A stretch of DNA of 64,000 nt from Hyaloraphidium curvatum SAG 235-1 (GCA_025558095.1 JAIVFI010000026.1:186001-250000); one strand, 5' to 3'; positions 45,353 through 57,700 are shown, counted from the first letter of the stretch. A program made the numbers and translations. Notes: a model not told the origin generated them from the sequence alone.

Positions 45353-46318
45353 ATGAACAGCATGAGGGTCATCGCTCCCGCCGCCAACAAGCCCCTGCGG
45401 GCCGGCATTAGCGTCTGCATCCTGCTCCTCGTCGCTGGCTGGGTATAACGCCTGCATCCCCGGACCCGGCGGACCGCCGCTCATCCTCTCACAACCCCCT
45501 TCTCTGTACATTCTCCATCCCGCAGATCATTCAGATCGTCAGTCTCGGCTTTGCCCAGGCCAACCTCGACGGCAGGGAGGTCACCGGCGTCGAAAATGTC
45601 TCCGGTGTGTTCCCGTTCGTGGGGATGGGCGTGGGGAGGGGCGCGTCGAGCTACCTGTCGTTCGACTGGTGGGTCGCCATCCGGGCCGAGCTCACGGGAG
45701 CGGAAATGATAAATGATATGCGACCGCGGTACAGGTTCCTCGTCGCCTTCTTCTTTTTCGTGAACCGTTCGCACCGCCCCTCGCCCCCATCCCGGCCTTG
45801 GATCTGACGTGGTCCGCCGTACGCAGTCCTCGCACTTGCCGTGCTCGCCAAGGACACCCGCACCGGATCGGTGGTTAAGTACCGCATCCCATGCTCCGGT
45901 GCGGTCTCTCGCCCGCTGCATTCGCCGCCGCTCCCGTGCTTACACGTCTACTCCTCCAGTCTACGCCGCGATCGCCGCCGTCTTCGCCACCATCAGGATC
46001 AACGACCTCGCCTTCGCAACCGGCGTCATGTCGTCCTCCGCCAAGGCCCTGCTTGCGTCGTACTTCATCCAGGTTGTCCCGTGAGCACCGCCGGTCGCAC
46101 GGGTCCGCAGCCGTCGCTGACGCCGCGTCGGATTCGGCCCCGGCAGGTACTACATCATCCCCTTCCTCAACGGCACCTCGTTCCTCGACACCGTCGCCAG
46201 CAGGCCGGCCGATGTGCCGCCGATGGCGGCAGAGCAGGGCTACCCGGCGGCGGCCGCGCACGGCTACCCTGTGGCCCACAAACCCGAGGTCGTCGGGGCC
46301 AGGGTGCCGGTAGTCTGA
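45353..46318 (+). CDS. Four-TM membrane protein, tandem copy 1 (multi-exon)
   Basis: CILLLVAGW|IIQIVSL..SYLSFDW|FLVAFF|LAVLAKDTRTGSVVKYRIPCS|VYAAIAAVFATIRINDL..|YYIIPFLNG; exons conserved with copy 2, introns diverged. Confidence 0.75.
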
Positions 46319-46873
46319 GGCCAGGGCGGGCGTGTAGAACAGCTTCTTAAGGCTTCTCCTTCTTCATCTTGTGCATATATCTTTCTCCTTGCGATCGCAA
46401 GAATGGGCGATTATATCATTCGTTTGGCCTCTCATCGACGTTCAGGCAGGGGGGTAAATGCAGGCGGGCGAAATGAGGGTCTGCGGAGGTTCGTTTCTTC
46501 GGGTCCGCGCCGCCCTCGGCCCGATCACCATGCATCGCCGCACCGACTCTTCCACCCAATGAACCGATGAAAGATTGCGCCAGCGAAGGGACGATTGTGT
46601 TTCGGGGTCGCGGAAGATTTCGGGATCGCAAGAATCTTCGGATGAATCCCCGCGCCCAGAACGATCTAGTCACCCGCTCGCGTGGTCTGCCAACCGGCCG
46701 ACTCCGAAGCTCCTGCAAACTTTCACGGAGGCTCACTTCTGTGCGAGGAGTTCCTTCCGAATCAACCAGATCTCCGGCGTCCCCGTCTCCGTGAGCTCCA
46801 GCTCCCCGCAGCCTTTCCCTCCGGCCGCCTCCCGACCTCCCCGACTTGACAGACACCTCCCCCCAGCCCAAGA

Positions 46874-47723
46874 ATGGTGGCCACCCCGCTCCGCGCCGCC
46901 ATCGGCGTGTGCGTGCTCATCCTCCTATCCGGCTGGGTGCTCAAGCTCCTTTCACTCTCGGCTCGTTCCAGGCTCATCACTCGTTTCGGCAACAGATCAT
47001 CCAACTCGTCTCCCTCTCCATCGTCCAGTCCGACCTGCAGGGCCGGCAGGTCAGTGAGGGCGAGACGGCCGCAGGGGTGTTCCCGTTCGCGGGGCAGGCG
47101 GCGGGGAGGACGGACAAGAACTACCTGTCGTTCGATTGGTGGGTTGCGCCGCATGCAGGGTCACGCGGAGCTGATGATGCGGTCGGCACAGGTTCCTATT
47201 TGCCTTCTTCCTCTTCGTGAACCGTTAGCATTTCCCGTTGCCGCCTCATTCGCTCCTGATCTGGCGCACCCGCTCCGCAGTCCTCGCACTCTTCGTGCTC
47301 GCCAAGGACACCCGCTCCGGCTCCGTCGTCAAGTACCGCATCCCCTGCTCCGGTAACCTCTTTCGTTTCATCCTTTTCGCCGATCTGACCGCCCGTCGGA
47401 AAGTCTACGCCGCGATCGCCGCTGTCTTCGCCACCATCCGCATCAACGACCTCACCTTCGCCACCGGCCTCATGTCGTCCTCCGCCAAGGCACTTCTGTC
47501 GTCGTACTACATCCAGGCCGTGCCGTGGGCACTCTGCCGTCGTGCTGGGTCGGAACCCGCCCGCTGACGCCGGGGATCTGCTCACAGGTACTACCTCATC
47601 CCCTTCCTCAACGGCATCTCGTTCCTCGACACCGTGGCGAGCAAGCCAGCCGAAGTACCGGCGGCGGGGCAGCTGATGTACCCCGTTGCCCAGGGGGAGG
47701 GCGAGAGCAGGGTGCCGGTCTGA
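46874..47723 (+). CDS. Four-TM membrane protein, tandem copy 2
   Basis: Same exon series, e.g. LAKDTRSGSVVKYRIPCS and VYAAIAAVFATIRINDLTFATG. Confidence 0.75.
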
Positions 47724-47978
47724 GCGGCGGGGCGGGTGGATGTTCTCGGCGGGACTTGGGTTCTTGGTTCTTGATCTTGCAGCTTTACCTGTCCAAGTGC
47801 GGAAGTAGTGGTTTAGCTCTATGGGATGCAGCGATTAACGATGATTTGAGCTTCGGAACCGGGAGAAAATGAGTCGTCCGATCGCCGTGAACTGCTGCTG
47901 GAGAATCGCGACAATCGCATTGGCAGTTGCATGGCTTCTCGCCACCGACCGCCGCGTCACCAGCACACCCTTTCCACG

Positions 47979-48965
47979 ATGCCCCACGTCCTCTTCGAGT
48001 TCGGCGTCTACGACCACTCCACGAAGCAGTGCGTCGTCGGCCGCCGCTCCGCCGACGTCCCCGCGTCGCTGCTGTCTCCCGGCGCTGCCGCCGGCTCCGA
48101 CAGCGGCCTGGCCGCGGTGCTGCTCCCCTGGGAGCGGGAGCTGCGGGCGTCGCACCCGTGCGGCTGCGCAATCTCCCTTGGAGCGTGCTCGGGGCCCGCG
48201 GAGCGGACGCACCGGTTTGTTCGGACCTACTACGAGTCGCTGGAAGATGGAGGCCCGCCGACGATGGTCTTTGCCGAATCGACCGCCATGCTCTGCTGCG
48301 GCAAGGTGTCTTGCGAATCGACCCTGCTCAAGCACTTCAAGGCGATCGACGCGGTGCACCGCGGCACACCGTTCGGCACCGGCACCGGGTTCCGGTTCGC
48401 CCTGTGGACCGTGTTCAAGGATCCCCGCGGGCAGATCTACCGGATGGAGGACCGGCACGATATGGAGTTGGGAAAACTGCAAGCTGCTCTTGACAACTCT
48501 GCCGGGGAGGAGGCGGGAGATTTCGACCCGCTCATACGGCTGGCCGGCGACTGGATGCTCAAGTGGATTCAGGAAACGCTGGCGCTCCGCCCCCTGCCGT
48601 GCCTGTCGTGCGGCATGCCCGGCGCGGTGAAGACAAAGGACGACATCCGCCTGATGGTGCGCGCTGGCGCGCCGCGGAACAGGGAGGTGATGCAGGAGAT
48701 CTGGCCCGTTTGCGGGAGGGCGGAGTGACTGCGACACGTCGAGTGGCTCCAGAAGGATCATTACGAGGAGCAGGAGAAGGACATGAGAATGGGCAAAGAA
48801 TGCAAGCGCTGCGGGAAGCTCGGATCGGATGGTCGGGGCGGCCGCGGCCGCGCCGAGATCCAGGTGAAGCGCTGCTCGCGTTGCAAAACCACGACGTACT
48901 GCTCCGTCGAGTGCCAGCGGGCCGATTGGCCGAAGCACAAGGCTCACTGCATGCCGAAAGACTAG
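47979..48965 (+). CDS. Cys-rich protein with C-terminal MYND finger, interrupted by one in-frame TGA (48726-48728)
   Basis: The frame continues without shift past PVCGRAE*LRH to CKRC...RCSRCKTTTYCSVECQRADWPKHKAHC; AATAAA follows at ~49002. Confidence 0.7.
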
Positions 48966-49087
48966 CCGATCGTTGGAGCTGGTTGTGGAATCATTCTTGG
49001 GAATAAAGGCGAGGCGTCTATCGAACATCGTCCGGCACGGCTGTTCCTGTCCCCGAATGTACGGTCCATCCGGCTCCATGGCCCGGT

Positions 49088-49966
49088 TCAGAGTGCCCCC
49101 TTGCCGCCAGCCTTCCTCTTCGCCGCCTGAGCCTCGATCGCCTCCCGCACCGAAATCGGCTTCCTCCCCAGCAGCTCCTCCACGGTCCCGTTTGCGGGCC
49201 AGTCCTCCCCCGCGGCGATTGCGGTGTAGGTCGAGATCCACGCGTCCACGAGCCAGTCCGGCGCGCCGTACTTTGCCCTCGACGCCTTGGCTTCAGCCAT
49301 CGTCTCCTCGACGTACTTGACGGGTTTCCCCGTGATCTCGGTCAGCAGCTTTGCCAGGTCCGCCATGGAAATCTCGTCGGGCCCCGTGAGGCTGTAGGTC
49401 TTGCCCGCGTGGGCGGCGGGATCCTTCAGGACCGCAGCGAGGCAGTCGGCGCAGTCGTCGATGGCCACGGGGGCGAACTTGCCGTCCCCCGCGGGGCCCC
49501 GGATCACGCCGTCGTCGGCGTAGCCGGCCAGCAGGTCCGCGTAGATGTTGTTCCGCAGGAAGGTCCAGCTCGGGATCTTGGCCTTGATGATCTCCTCGGT
49601 CGCGTAGTGGTCCCGGGCCAGGAGGAATATAGCGTCGGGCGCCGCGCCAAAGAAGCTCGTGTAGACGATGTGCTTGACGCCCGCGGCCGCCGCTGCTTCC
49701 ACGAACGCCCTGTGCTCCGCGACGCGGTTCTCGCCCTCGTGCGCTGACACCATCAGCAGCGTGCCGACGCCTTTCAGAGCCACGGTGCACGCGTCGCGGT
49801 CCGCGTACGGCGCGGCGGCCTTCTCGCATGGGACGGCGCCGGGGAGATCGGGCAGCTTCGCGGGGTCGCGGCCAAGGAGGCGGAGAGGGAGGCCCGCCGC
49901 GGCCAGAGCCCGCGCGACGCGGGAGCCGAGGCGGCCGGTGACTCCGGTGACGCCAATGAGCGACAT
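49088..49966 (-). CDS. Atypical SDR / NmrA-type NAD(P)H:quinone oxidoreductase (QOR2/YtfG-like)
   Basis: IGVTGVTGRLG, GVKHIVYTSF, ARDHYATE, WTFLRNNIY, HAGKTYSLTGP; intronless. Confidence 0.92.
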   Translation of the reverse strand: MSLIGVTGVTGRLGSRVARALAAAGLPLRLLGRDPAKLPDLPGAVPCEKAAAPYADRDACTVALKGVGTLLMVSAHEGENRVAEHRAFVEAAAAAGVKHIVYTSFFGAAPDAIFLLARDHYATEEIIKAKIPSWTFLRNNIYADLLAGYADDGVIRGPAGDGKFAPVAIDDCADCLAAVLKDPAAHAGKTYSLTGPDEISMADLAKLLTEITGKPVKYVEETMAEAKASRAKYGAPDWLVDAWISTYTAIAAGEDWPANGTVEELLGRKPISVREAIEAQAAKRKAGGKGAL

Positions 49967-50102
49967 GGAGGGAAGCTGGGCGAAGATGCCTTCAGGGAGC
50001 TGGAAGGAGAAGAGGGGAGACGGCTCAGTTCGAGGTCGTTTCGAAACCCCGCCCGTCTGCCGACCCTGGTTTCCGCGGAGGCAAGGCGATACAGCACACG
50101 AG

Positions 50103-51266
50103 CTACTCATCGGTGGAAAAGACCACCTTGACCGCGCCCGCGCTCGTCCCCCTGCACATCTCGTACCCCTCCTGAGCCCTGTCCATCGGCAACAGGTGCG
50201 ACACCAGCTTCCCCACGTCCACCTTTCCCTCCGCGATCATCCGCAGCGCGTCCGGGAACCCCGTCGCGCCGTACCCGAAGGACGGCTTGAGGTCGACCGA
50301 CTTGAGCGAGGCCGGGAGGGAGGGGAGCTCGGGGGTGTAGCTCCCGTAGCCGACGATCGAGACCGCGCCGCCGGGCTTGACGGCGTAGACCGCGGTCGCG
50401 ATCGAGCTGCTGAACCCGGCGGCGTCGATCGCGCAGTCCACCGCGGCGTCGCCGGCGCCGATCGGAGCCATGCCCGACAGCGGGGTCGACAGGTCGCAGG
50501 GGCGCTTGGAGCCGCGGACGGTGTCGGCGATTGCCAGCCCGGCCGCCAGGGGGTCCAATCCCGACACGTCGACCACCTCGGCGGCGCCGACCTTCTTCGC
50601 CGTCTCCAGCCTCGCGGGTGAAAGATCCGACACCACGCAGCGGGACGCCCCGAGCGCCAGCGCGCAGAGCAGCGCCGCCAGCCCCACCGGCCCTCCGCCA
50701 ATCACGGCCACCTTGTCCCCGGGCTTGACCCCGGCGCGGCGTGCGGCCTGCAGCCCGACGGCCAGCGGCTCGACGAGCGCGGCATCGCGGAGGGAGACGC
50801 CGGGAGGCAGGGGGTACACCTTGTCGGCGGGGTGGTTCACGTGCTGCGCCAGCAAGCCGTGGAAGCTCCACGGCAGCAGCGCCACGTGCTGCCCGACTTC
50901 GACGTTGTCCACGGCCGGGCCGACGGCAGTGATGACCCCGGACGCCTCATGGCCCATAACCTGTCACCGGCCGCGGGATCAGAGCGCGATTCGCCGCGCT
51001 CGGGACCGCCGTCGACCCACCATGGGGAACGACATCCCGAACTGCTTGAGCTCATCCGCGTGCTCCCAGACGTGCAAATCCGACCCGCACACCCCGCAGA
51101 ACTTGACGTTGACGCCGACATAGCCCGCGGGCGGCGGGTCGGGGAACGCGTGGGGTTGTTTCGAGAGTTGGCGCGTAGCGGTGAGGGCTACGGCCCAGTT
51201 CCGCGGGGATTTGCCGTCGCGGAGAGGGCCTGGCGGCGCGAGGGCGGGAGGGGCGGCGGCTGCCAT
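50103..51266 (-). CDS. Zinc-dependent medium-chain polyol (sorbitol/xylitol-like) dehydrogenase
   Basis: CGVCGSDLH, MGHEASG, ALVEPLAVG, VIGGGPVG; intron ~50961-51020. Confidence 0.9.
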
Positions 51267-51475
51267 GATTGGCTCAGCGGTTGCGGATTTTGAGGTTGCG
51301 ATCGGGCCGGCGAGGTGGAGGCGGTGGCAAATAGTGAGGCGGCGGCGCCCTCGTCCTGACAGCTCGGTTTAAGCGGGCGAATGACAAGCTTTCCGCTGGC
51401 GGAAATGGTGTAGCCGAAGGACGGATCGCTAGGAAATGCTACTCTATGCGAGCCAAATCTAAGCGTCACCCACTC

Positions 51476-51508
51476 CTCCCCTTCGAAAGGTACTCCCCTT
51501 CGAAAGGT
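51476..51508. repeat. Two tandem copies of CTCCCCTTCGAAAGGT (period 17 bp)
   Basis: Directly visible; each copy contains a CCTT-CGA-AAGG mini-hairpin. Confidence 0.8.
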
Positions 51509-51547
51509 CCGATCGGGTCCCGACAGTAGTCCCTCAGAAATCGGATG

Positions 51548-52752
51548 CTAGATCAGGAGCTCCCTCGCGCGGTAACCCAGGCAGTCCGGCAGCACGCTCG
51601 GGTCGGCGAGCAGCCAGGCTTCTTCGGCGCTGGCGCTGGACGGCACCAGCTCGAGATCCCGACGCTCAAGGGGGCCGCCGTTGGAGACGACGGCACGTCG
51701 GACGCTGAGCGCGGCGCGGGATAGGTCCCCGTCCCACTGGGCAGCGACCGTCACCAGCGACGGCAGGCCGAAGCCTCCCGGTTTCTCGCGTTCCGCCTTC
51801 CACAGCGGCTCCAGAAGTTGCTCCGGCGGATCTTTGGGGAAGGGTTCCCCGAGAAGGAACGAGACCGCGCGGAGATCGGCGCCCATGCGCTGCTGCGCAA
51901 GCTGGCCGAGCGCGAGGGCGGCGCTGCGGAGCCCGTCCGCGCGCACGAACATGGTCTCCATCTTCGGCCACGCCCGCAGAGCTGCAACTGCGGGAGGCTC
52001 CCCGGATCTGTGCGAGCGCAAGCCCACGTCCGAACGCAGGTGGATGACCTCAGGCAGGTGCTTGGCGAGGCGCAGCAGATCGAGGCTTAGGGTCCAGTCC
52101 TGGCGCAGGACGAGGGTCTTTACCCTGCAGGCGCTCCTGGTCCCTTTGGTTTCCGAGCCGGTGTCCTCCGTCCACGACCGCCCTTGCCCGCCCGAACGGC
52201 TGACGAAGTCGAGCTCCAGGATCTCGCTCGGACCGCCCCTCTCGGAAAGCAGCCTGAGGAGCTCTTCGAAATCCTCATAGTTGTCTGCGGGACCCAGATG
52301 CACCGGAAGCCCGAGGTGCCGCAGGTGGGGCATGGTCCGCATGGCCTCCCGCGTCAAATTGCCCAAGCTCCGGTGCCCCATGCCGGGGAAATGCCTCGGA
52401 ATCATGAGGGTCCGGATCCACTGGCCGTGATCGTCGATGAGCGCCGACCAGCTTCGCGAGCGCGTCCTCTCCTGCGGCCCATCGAGATGATGTCCAGCAC
52501 GGCGTGCGGCACGCCCTCCTCCTCGGACTCGCGCGCCAAGGCGGCAATTGCAGTGATCAGGCTGCGAATGCCGCGGCTTGGATACTTCAGCGTGCCGGGC
52601 ATAGGGTGTGGTTGTGCGCGAGCCGCGCGAGGGCACGACACACCGGGCGCAGCCACAGCAGATCCGCGGGGATGTACCCCACGTAGCGCAGGATAAGGAG
52701 GAGCACTTCGGGGGGAAGCGCGAGCAGCGGGGACCCGCTAGTTGAGAGGCAT
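51548..52752 (-). pseudogene. F-box protein, frameshifted
   Basis: SPLLALPPEVLLLILRYV...LRPVCRAL F-box; coding-like sequence switches frame near 52600 and 52460. Confidence 0.6.
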
Positions 52753-53035
52753 GCTTCGGCGAGTCGGCGACGGAGGAAACACGTGGCCCGCGGCAGATGG
52801 ACTCTTTGTGTCTTCGTTGCGCGATGAGGCTGCGCAATGAAGGCGCGCGGGCAGCGAAGGGCTCCGGATGGCCGCGGAGAAGATGAGCGAAATGGTTGGG
52901 GACGGCGCCGGGGGACGGGAGGCAGTGTCTCCTTTATCTTCCACGCACCACTTTGCATGTCTACGTCACATGTGCAAGATGCGTGTTACGAGTGCGACCT
53001 TTCGCCGACAAACCCGAGGCAAGCGGCGGACGGAA

Positions 53036-53152
53036 AGGATCCTCGGCCGATCCCTGGACGAAAAGACAGCAGCGCAGGATTTTGAGCAGGATTTCGGGGG
53101 GCAGCGCGAGCAGCCTGGAGCCCGGTGCTGCTGCCGCGCCTTCGGGGTTCAT
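53036..53152 (-). pseudogene. Truncated F-box N-terminal fragment
   Basis: MNPEGAAAAPGSRLLALPPEILLKILRC resembles the F-box at ~52680-52735, and the similarity then ends. Confidence 0.45.
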
Positions 53153-53374
53153 GTTCGACGCGTCCGGGACCCGAGTCGGCCGCGATTCGGCGGTCCGGCT
53201 CAATCTGTGATCCCAAGCGCCGCTTTTTGATAGCGGACAGAAGGCAGGAGTGCCGGAGGTTGAGGAGGTTGAAGCTTGGAATGCGATGTCGCCGTGATTG
53301 TTTGCCCGCGTGTTTACTCGCCCATCCCGACTCGGGGACGCAGCGGCGCTGCCCTCGGCACCAACATTCGGAGC

Positions 53375-54575
53375 ATGAGCGCGGGCGCCGAGCCATCGTG
53401 GGTCGCGGACCTCCGCGCCGGCCCGGGCCCTCTGCTCTGGGACTGGCGCGCCGGCCGCGACGCGTCGTCGGGCCGCGCCGCCCACGACGGCCCGTTCTGG
53501 AGCTGCCACGGCGGGCCGGAGTCGCTCGGCGCCTACGTGTGCCGCGTCTCGGACGGCCGGCTCGCCGCGGCGGTGTTTGCCGGGCCCGGCGTCGCCGGCG
53601 GCGCGTACGGCCGCGGCGACCTGGCGGCGCAGGGCAGCGTGGGCGCGGGGCTGGCGGTGCAGCCGATGGGCGACCTCGCGCGGTCCGTCGGGTGCGGCGG
53701 GCTCGCGAGGGTCAGGGTCGGCTTCCGCGCCGGGTTGCGGATTCCGGCGTGGTACCGCGTCGAGGGACGGATCCGTGGCACGACGGGAGACTCGGCGACG
53801 TCGGAAGTCCGCGTGATCGACGTTGGAACGGGCGGTGTGGTCCTGGAAGCGGACTCGGACTGGTCTCGCGGGGAGCCGGCCGTGGTCCCCCGGCCGGTGG
53901 CACCCTTGGACGGCGAGCGCCCGCTTCCGACGGCCGTGAAGCGCCTTGCCGAGCTCCACGGCGTCCTGGACAGGCACTCGGTTCCCGCACGCTTCCAGAC
54001 CATGGCGCAGAAGGGCACCGTGGTGTGGGCCGAAATGCTACCGCGCGGTGCGGTCGCCTCGCGGGCGCAGAGCCAGCTGAGGAACGCCAGCTTCCTTTTC
54101 CGCCCGGACGGGACAATCAAGGGCTACCGACGCTTCCTTGAAGTATCGACGCCGGAGACCACGGACGTTTTCCTCGAGGTTGCGGGGCCCCAGATGGCCG
54201 ACCGCTCCGGGGCGATCCATCCGTTCCTCCTCTGCGCGGCTTCCGAGTGAGTACCTCGGCATTCGCACCCCGACGAAAAGCCGGCTCACGGTCCCGCACA
54301 GCAACGCCTGCGCACCCATCACCTGCTTCGCCGCGGACGGCGTGACCGTGACCCGCGAGCTCGAGTTCGCCGTCGCGCCGGGATGGCACGGGTTCGCGTC
54401 CGGGAGCGGCGGTTGGATCCATGTGCGCGGGGTGGCGGGTCCGGACTCCGTCAGGGGGAGGAGGGTGGATGCCGCGTTCGAGATCGTGGGAGCGGAAACG
54501 GGCGAGGTGCTGGCCACGGGCCGTGCCCATTTCGTCAAGGTCGCTTCGTTCGACGGGACGCCACCGAAGATCTAG
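53375..54575 (+). CDS. Probable double hot-dog fold (thioesterase-like) protein
   Basis: Two halves with FAGP...G....GS and VAGP...GAIHP motifs, ending in VLEADSDW and VLATGRAHF strands; intron ~54247-54301. Confidence 0.55.
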
Positions 54576-54769
54576 CCGGGTACCGGACTCGGTGGGCGTG
54601 GCGTCCCCAACAAGTGTTTCAATCGGCTTCCAGACGACCAGGATTTGTCGAGCATCAGGGTGCATTCGATAGATCTTGCGTGGGTTCGGTGATCTTCGCC
54701 AGGTGACGATGCTTGCGCCGCCCGCCGTCAACAGCGACGCGTCCGCCAACCCGGGCCGGGCATCTCGCG

Positions 54770-57700
54770 ATGGGGCCCGTGCCGGCGTCCTACGCGGCGC
54801 CCGGCTGCTCGACGTACGTGCTGCTCGAGCGCGAGGCGTTCCGGCGCGCCGGCGGCGGCGCGGGCTGCGCGGCCGACGGCCACCGCCTCCGCACGGTCGT
54901 CTCGGAATGGGCGGCCGCGCCGCCGGACGACACGCGCGACCGCCGCGAACACGCCGTGTGCGCGGCGTGCGGACTGCACGTGCGCGTGCTCGCGGCCGGC
55001 CCGGGCGAGGCGCGGGAGCACCACTGGCACGCCCACCCCGCCGACCCGCCGCTGCCCGCCGCCGCCGCCGATCGCGCGATCACCCGCCGCTTCGCGTGCT
55101 GCCTGGTCCCCACGACGGTCGAATTCACCGTGTCGCCGCCGGTGCTGCCCAGGGAGGCCCTGAACAGGCTGCTGGCCGGCTCGCCCGTCACGAGGAAGAA
55201 CGTGCTGACGGCGCTGTCGCGCGTGGCCGCCGACTCGCTGGGGGGCGCAAACAAGCCACTGCCCGTGACCCGCGAGGACGAGGAGGGCAAGAAGGAGCCG
55301 ACAAAGTGGTTCAAGGCCGTCGACTGGTCGCCCGAGGTCGAGGGCCTGGGCGCCAGGATGCTCGCGGCCATGGGCTTCGCCCCGTCGCCCGCCGCCGGGC
55401 CCGCGACGAGCTACCTGCCGCCGCCGCCCAACAAGCTCACTTCGGACGCGCTGGCCGAGCTCCAGGCGCTGGCCGACTTTGCCCTCCCGGGACCGGTGTC
55501 GCTCGAGGAGATGCCCGGGCTCGGATCGGGCACCACGGGCATCGAGAAGGCCGTCGGCTTCCTCCCCTACACCATCGCCCCGAAAAAGATCAACCCCCTC
55601 GCGCTGGGCTCCTTTTCCGGCGTCGGCTACGCCGAGTACCTTTCCTCCAAGCCCGCCCCGGCGTTTGCCCTGCTGGGCGTGCACGACAACGCGCCCGACA
55701 ACCTGGTCGTGGACGCGTACCGGTTGCAGAAGGCCGACGACGCCGGGATGAAGGAGTGGTACCTGACCGGGCTCAAGGACATTGGCGACAAGCGGGACGC
55801 GGTCGAGATCAAGACGGTGGTTCGCGAGGAGCTCAACACCGGTGGGCCACATGTCGCCGGGTTGACGTGTCCGCGTTCTTATTCCCCGTTCCAGGGATCC
55901 CGACCATCCCGCAGCTCGTCGGCGCCCTCAACACCTTCGGCGCCATGGAGCCGATCAGCCTCTTCAACCGCAACATCATCGAGATGGTCCCCGAGATCCA
56001 GCCCAAGCTCGCCGCCCTGAGGAAGCAGTTCGACGTGCAGCAGCTCATCGACACGGGCGCCGCCTACGCCGAGAACCAGGACGCCTTCCTCTCGGCCCTC
56101 CGCTCCGTCGGCCACTGGCTCGGCCCGCGGGGCCGCACCCTCCTCGGCTACGCCGACATGCTGGACGGCAAGCAGACCGCGGCCCTCGTCCCGGACTCGG
56201 ACTCGACCGTCGCCGCCTCGGACTCGGGTTCCGTGCGCACGGCGGCGGCGGACGACGACGTCCCCGCCCTGGAACCCAGCCAGCCGGCCTTCACCCCCCT
56301 GGTGCGCGACGCCGCGCGGCCGGCGGGCCTGGTCAACATCGCGCAGACGTGCTACCTCAACTCGCTGCTGCAGTACATGTTCACCCTGCGCCCCGTGCGC
56401 GACGAGGTGCTGCGGCACGCGCGGGGCGTCGAGGCGGGGGAGGGGCGCGCGGGGAGGTTCGTGGGGCTGCTGGGGGGGCTGTTTGGGGAGATGGTGCTCG
56501 GGACCGGGGACGCGGTCAGGCCCGAGAGGGAGCTGGCGGAGCTCGCGCTGACGCCCGGGCCGGCGGTGGTCAAGGGGCCGCAGGACGGGAAGGAGGACGG
56601 GGTTGACGGCGCCGGGAAGAAGGAGGACGGAAAGGTCGGGGCAGACGAGGCCGGCAAGGAGGTCGGCGCGGAGGCGGCGGCCCAGCCCGACGCGGAACCC
56701 GCGCCGGCACAGGACACCACCGTTCCCGCTGCGGACCCGATCCCGCCCTCGGAGGTGCGCGACGAGGAGATGACCGACGCCAGCGTCTCCCCGCCCCCGA
56801 TCGGCACCCTCCACGTTTCCACCCCGCCTCCCGACCCGCTGCCGGCCCCCGTGCCCGTGCAGGGCGCCGAGCTGCGGGCCTTCCTCGAGACCGTGGAGTC
56901 GTTCACGGCGCGGGGCGAGATGATCGGCAGCGAGACCGGCCATGCGGCGGCGGACGCCAAGCCCGAGGCCAAGCCCGAGGCGAAGCAGGAGGCGCCGGCG
57001 ATGAGGCTGGGGCAGCAGCAGGACCTGACCGAGTGCCTGGACAACGTGGGGGAGATGCTGGAGACGGCGCTCAAGACGAGGAAGAGGAAGAGGGACGGGG
57101 AGGAGGAGGCTGGGGAGCCTGAGGGCGGGGAGGGCAACGCGATCCGGAGGTGGGATCGCGCGCGGGGTATCCGCTCAGTCTGAAAGCTGACATCCAGATG
57201 CGCTTGCTCCCCACAGCCTATTCTATGGCCTCACGAGGCAGCACCTCTCCTCCCCGCCCGCCGCGCCGGCGACCAAGGACGAGGACTTCAGCTACCTGAT
57301 CGTCAAGCCCTCCCCCACGCTCATGGAGTCCCTCGAGGGCGAGTTCGGCCCGCAGGAGGTGGACTGGGCCGAGGGGACCAACGGCAGGGGGATGCGCGAG
57401 GTCGGCGTGGCGAGGTGGCCGCCGGTGCTGACGGTGGTGATCAACGTGGGTTCCGGGGCGTGGCGTTAAGTGTCGACGCACTCAACCCCATTCTCATGGC
57501 CGTCTTTTGGACCCACAGCGCGTGCAATACGACCGGGAAAAGCAGCGCGCCTTCAAGAACCAGGAGCACGTGCGGTTCGGGGCCACGATGCGCCTCGGAC
57601 GATTCTCGGACTCGGGGCTCGCGGCGGCGCACGCGCTCCGGGAGCGGGAGGGGGCAGTCCGGGCGGAGCTCGCAGCGCTGGAGGAAAAGCTCAAGGCGGC

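Noticed and set aside
894-48728. Genome-wide UGA reassignment
   Set aside because: TGA terminates clearly intact genes (EB1, USP, RLK), and the interruptions also include TAA and frameshifts.
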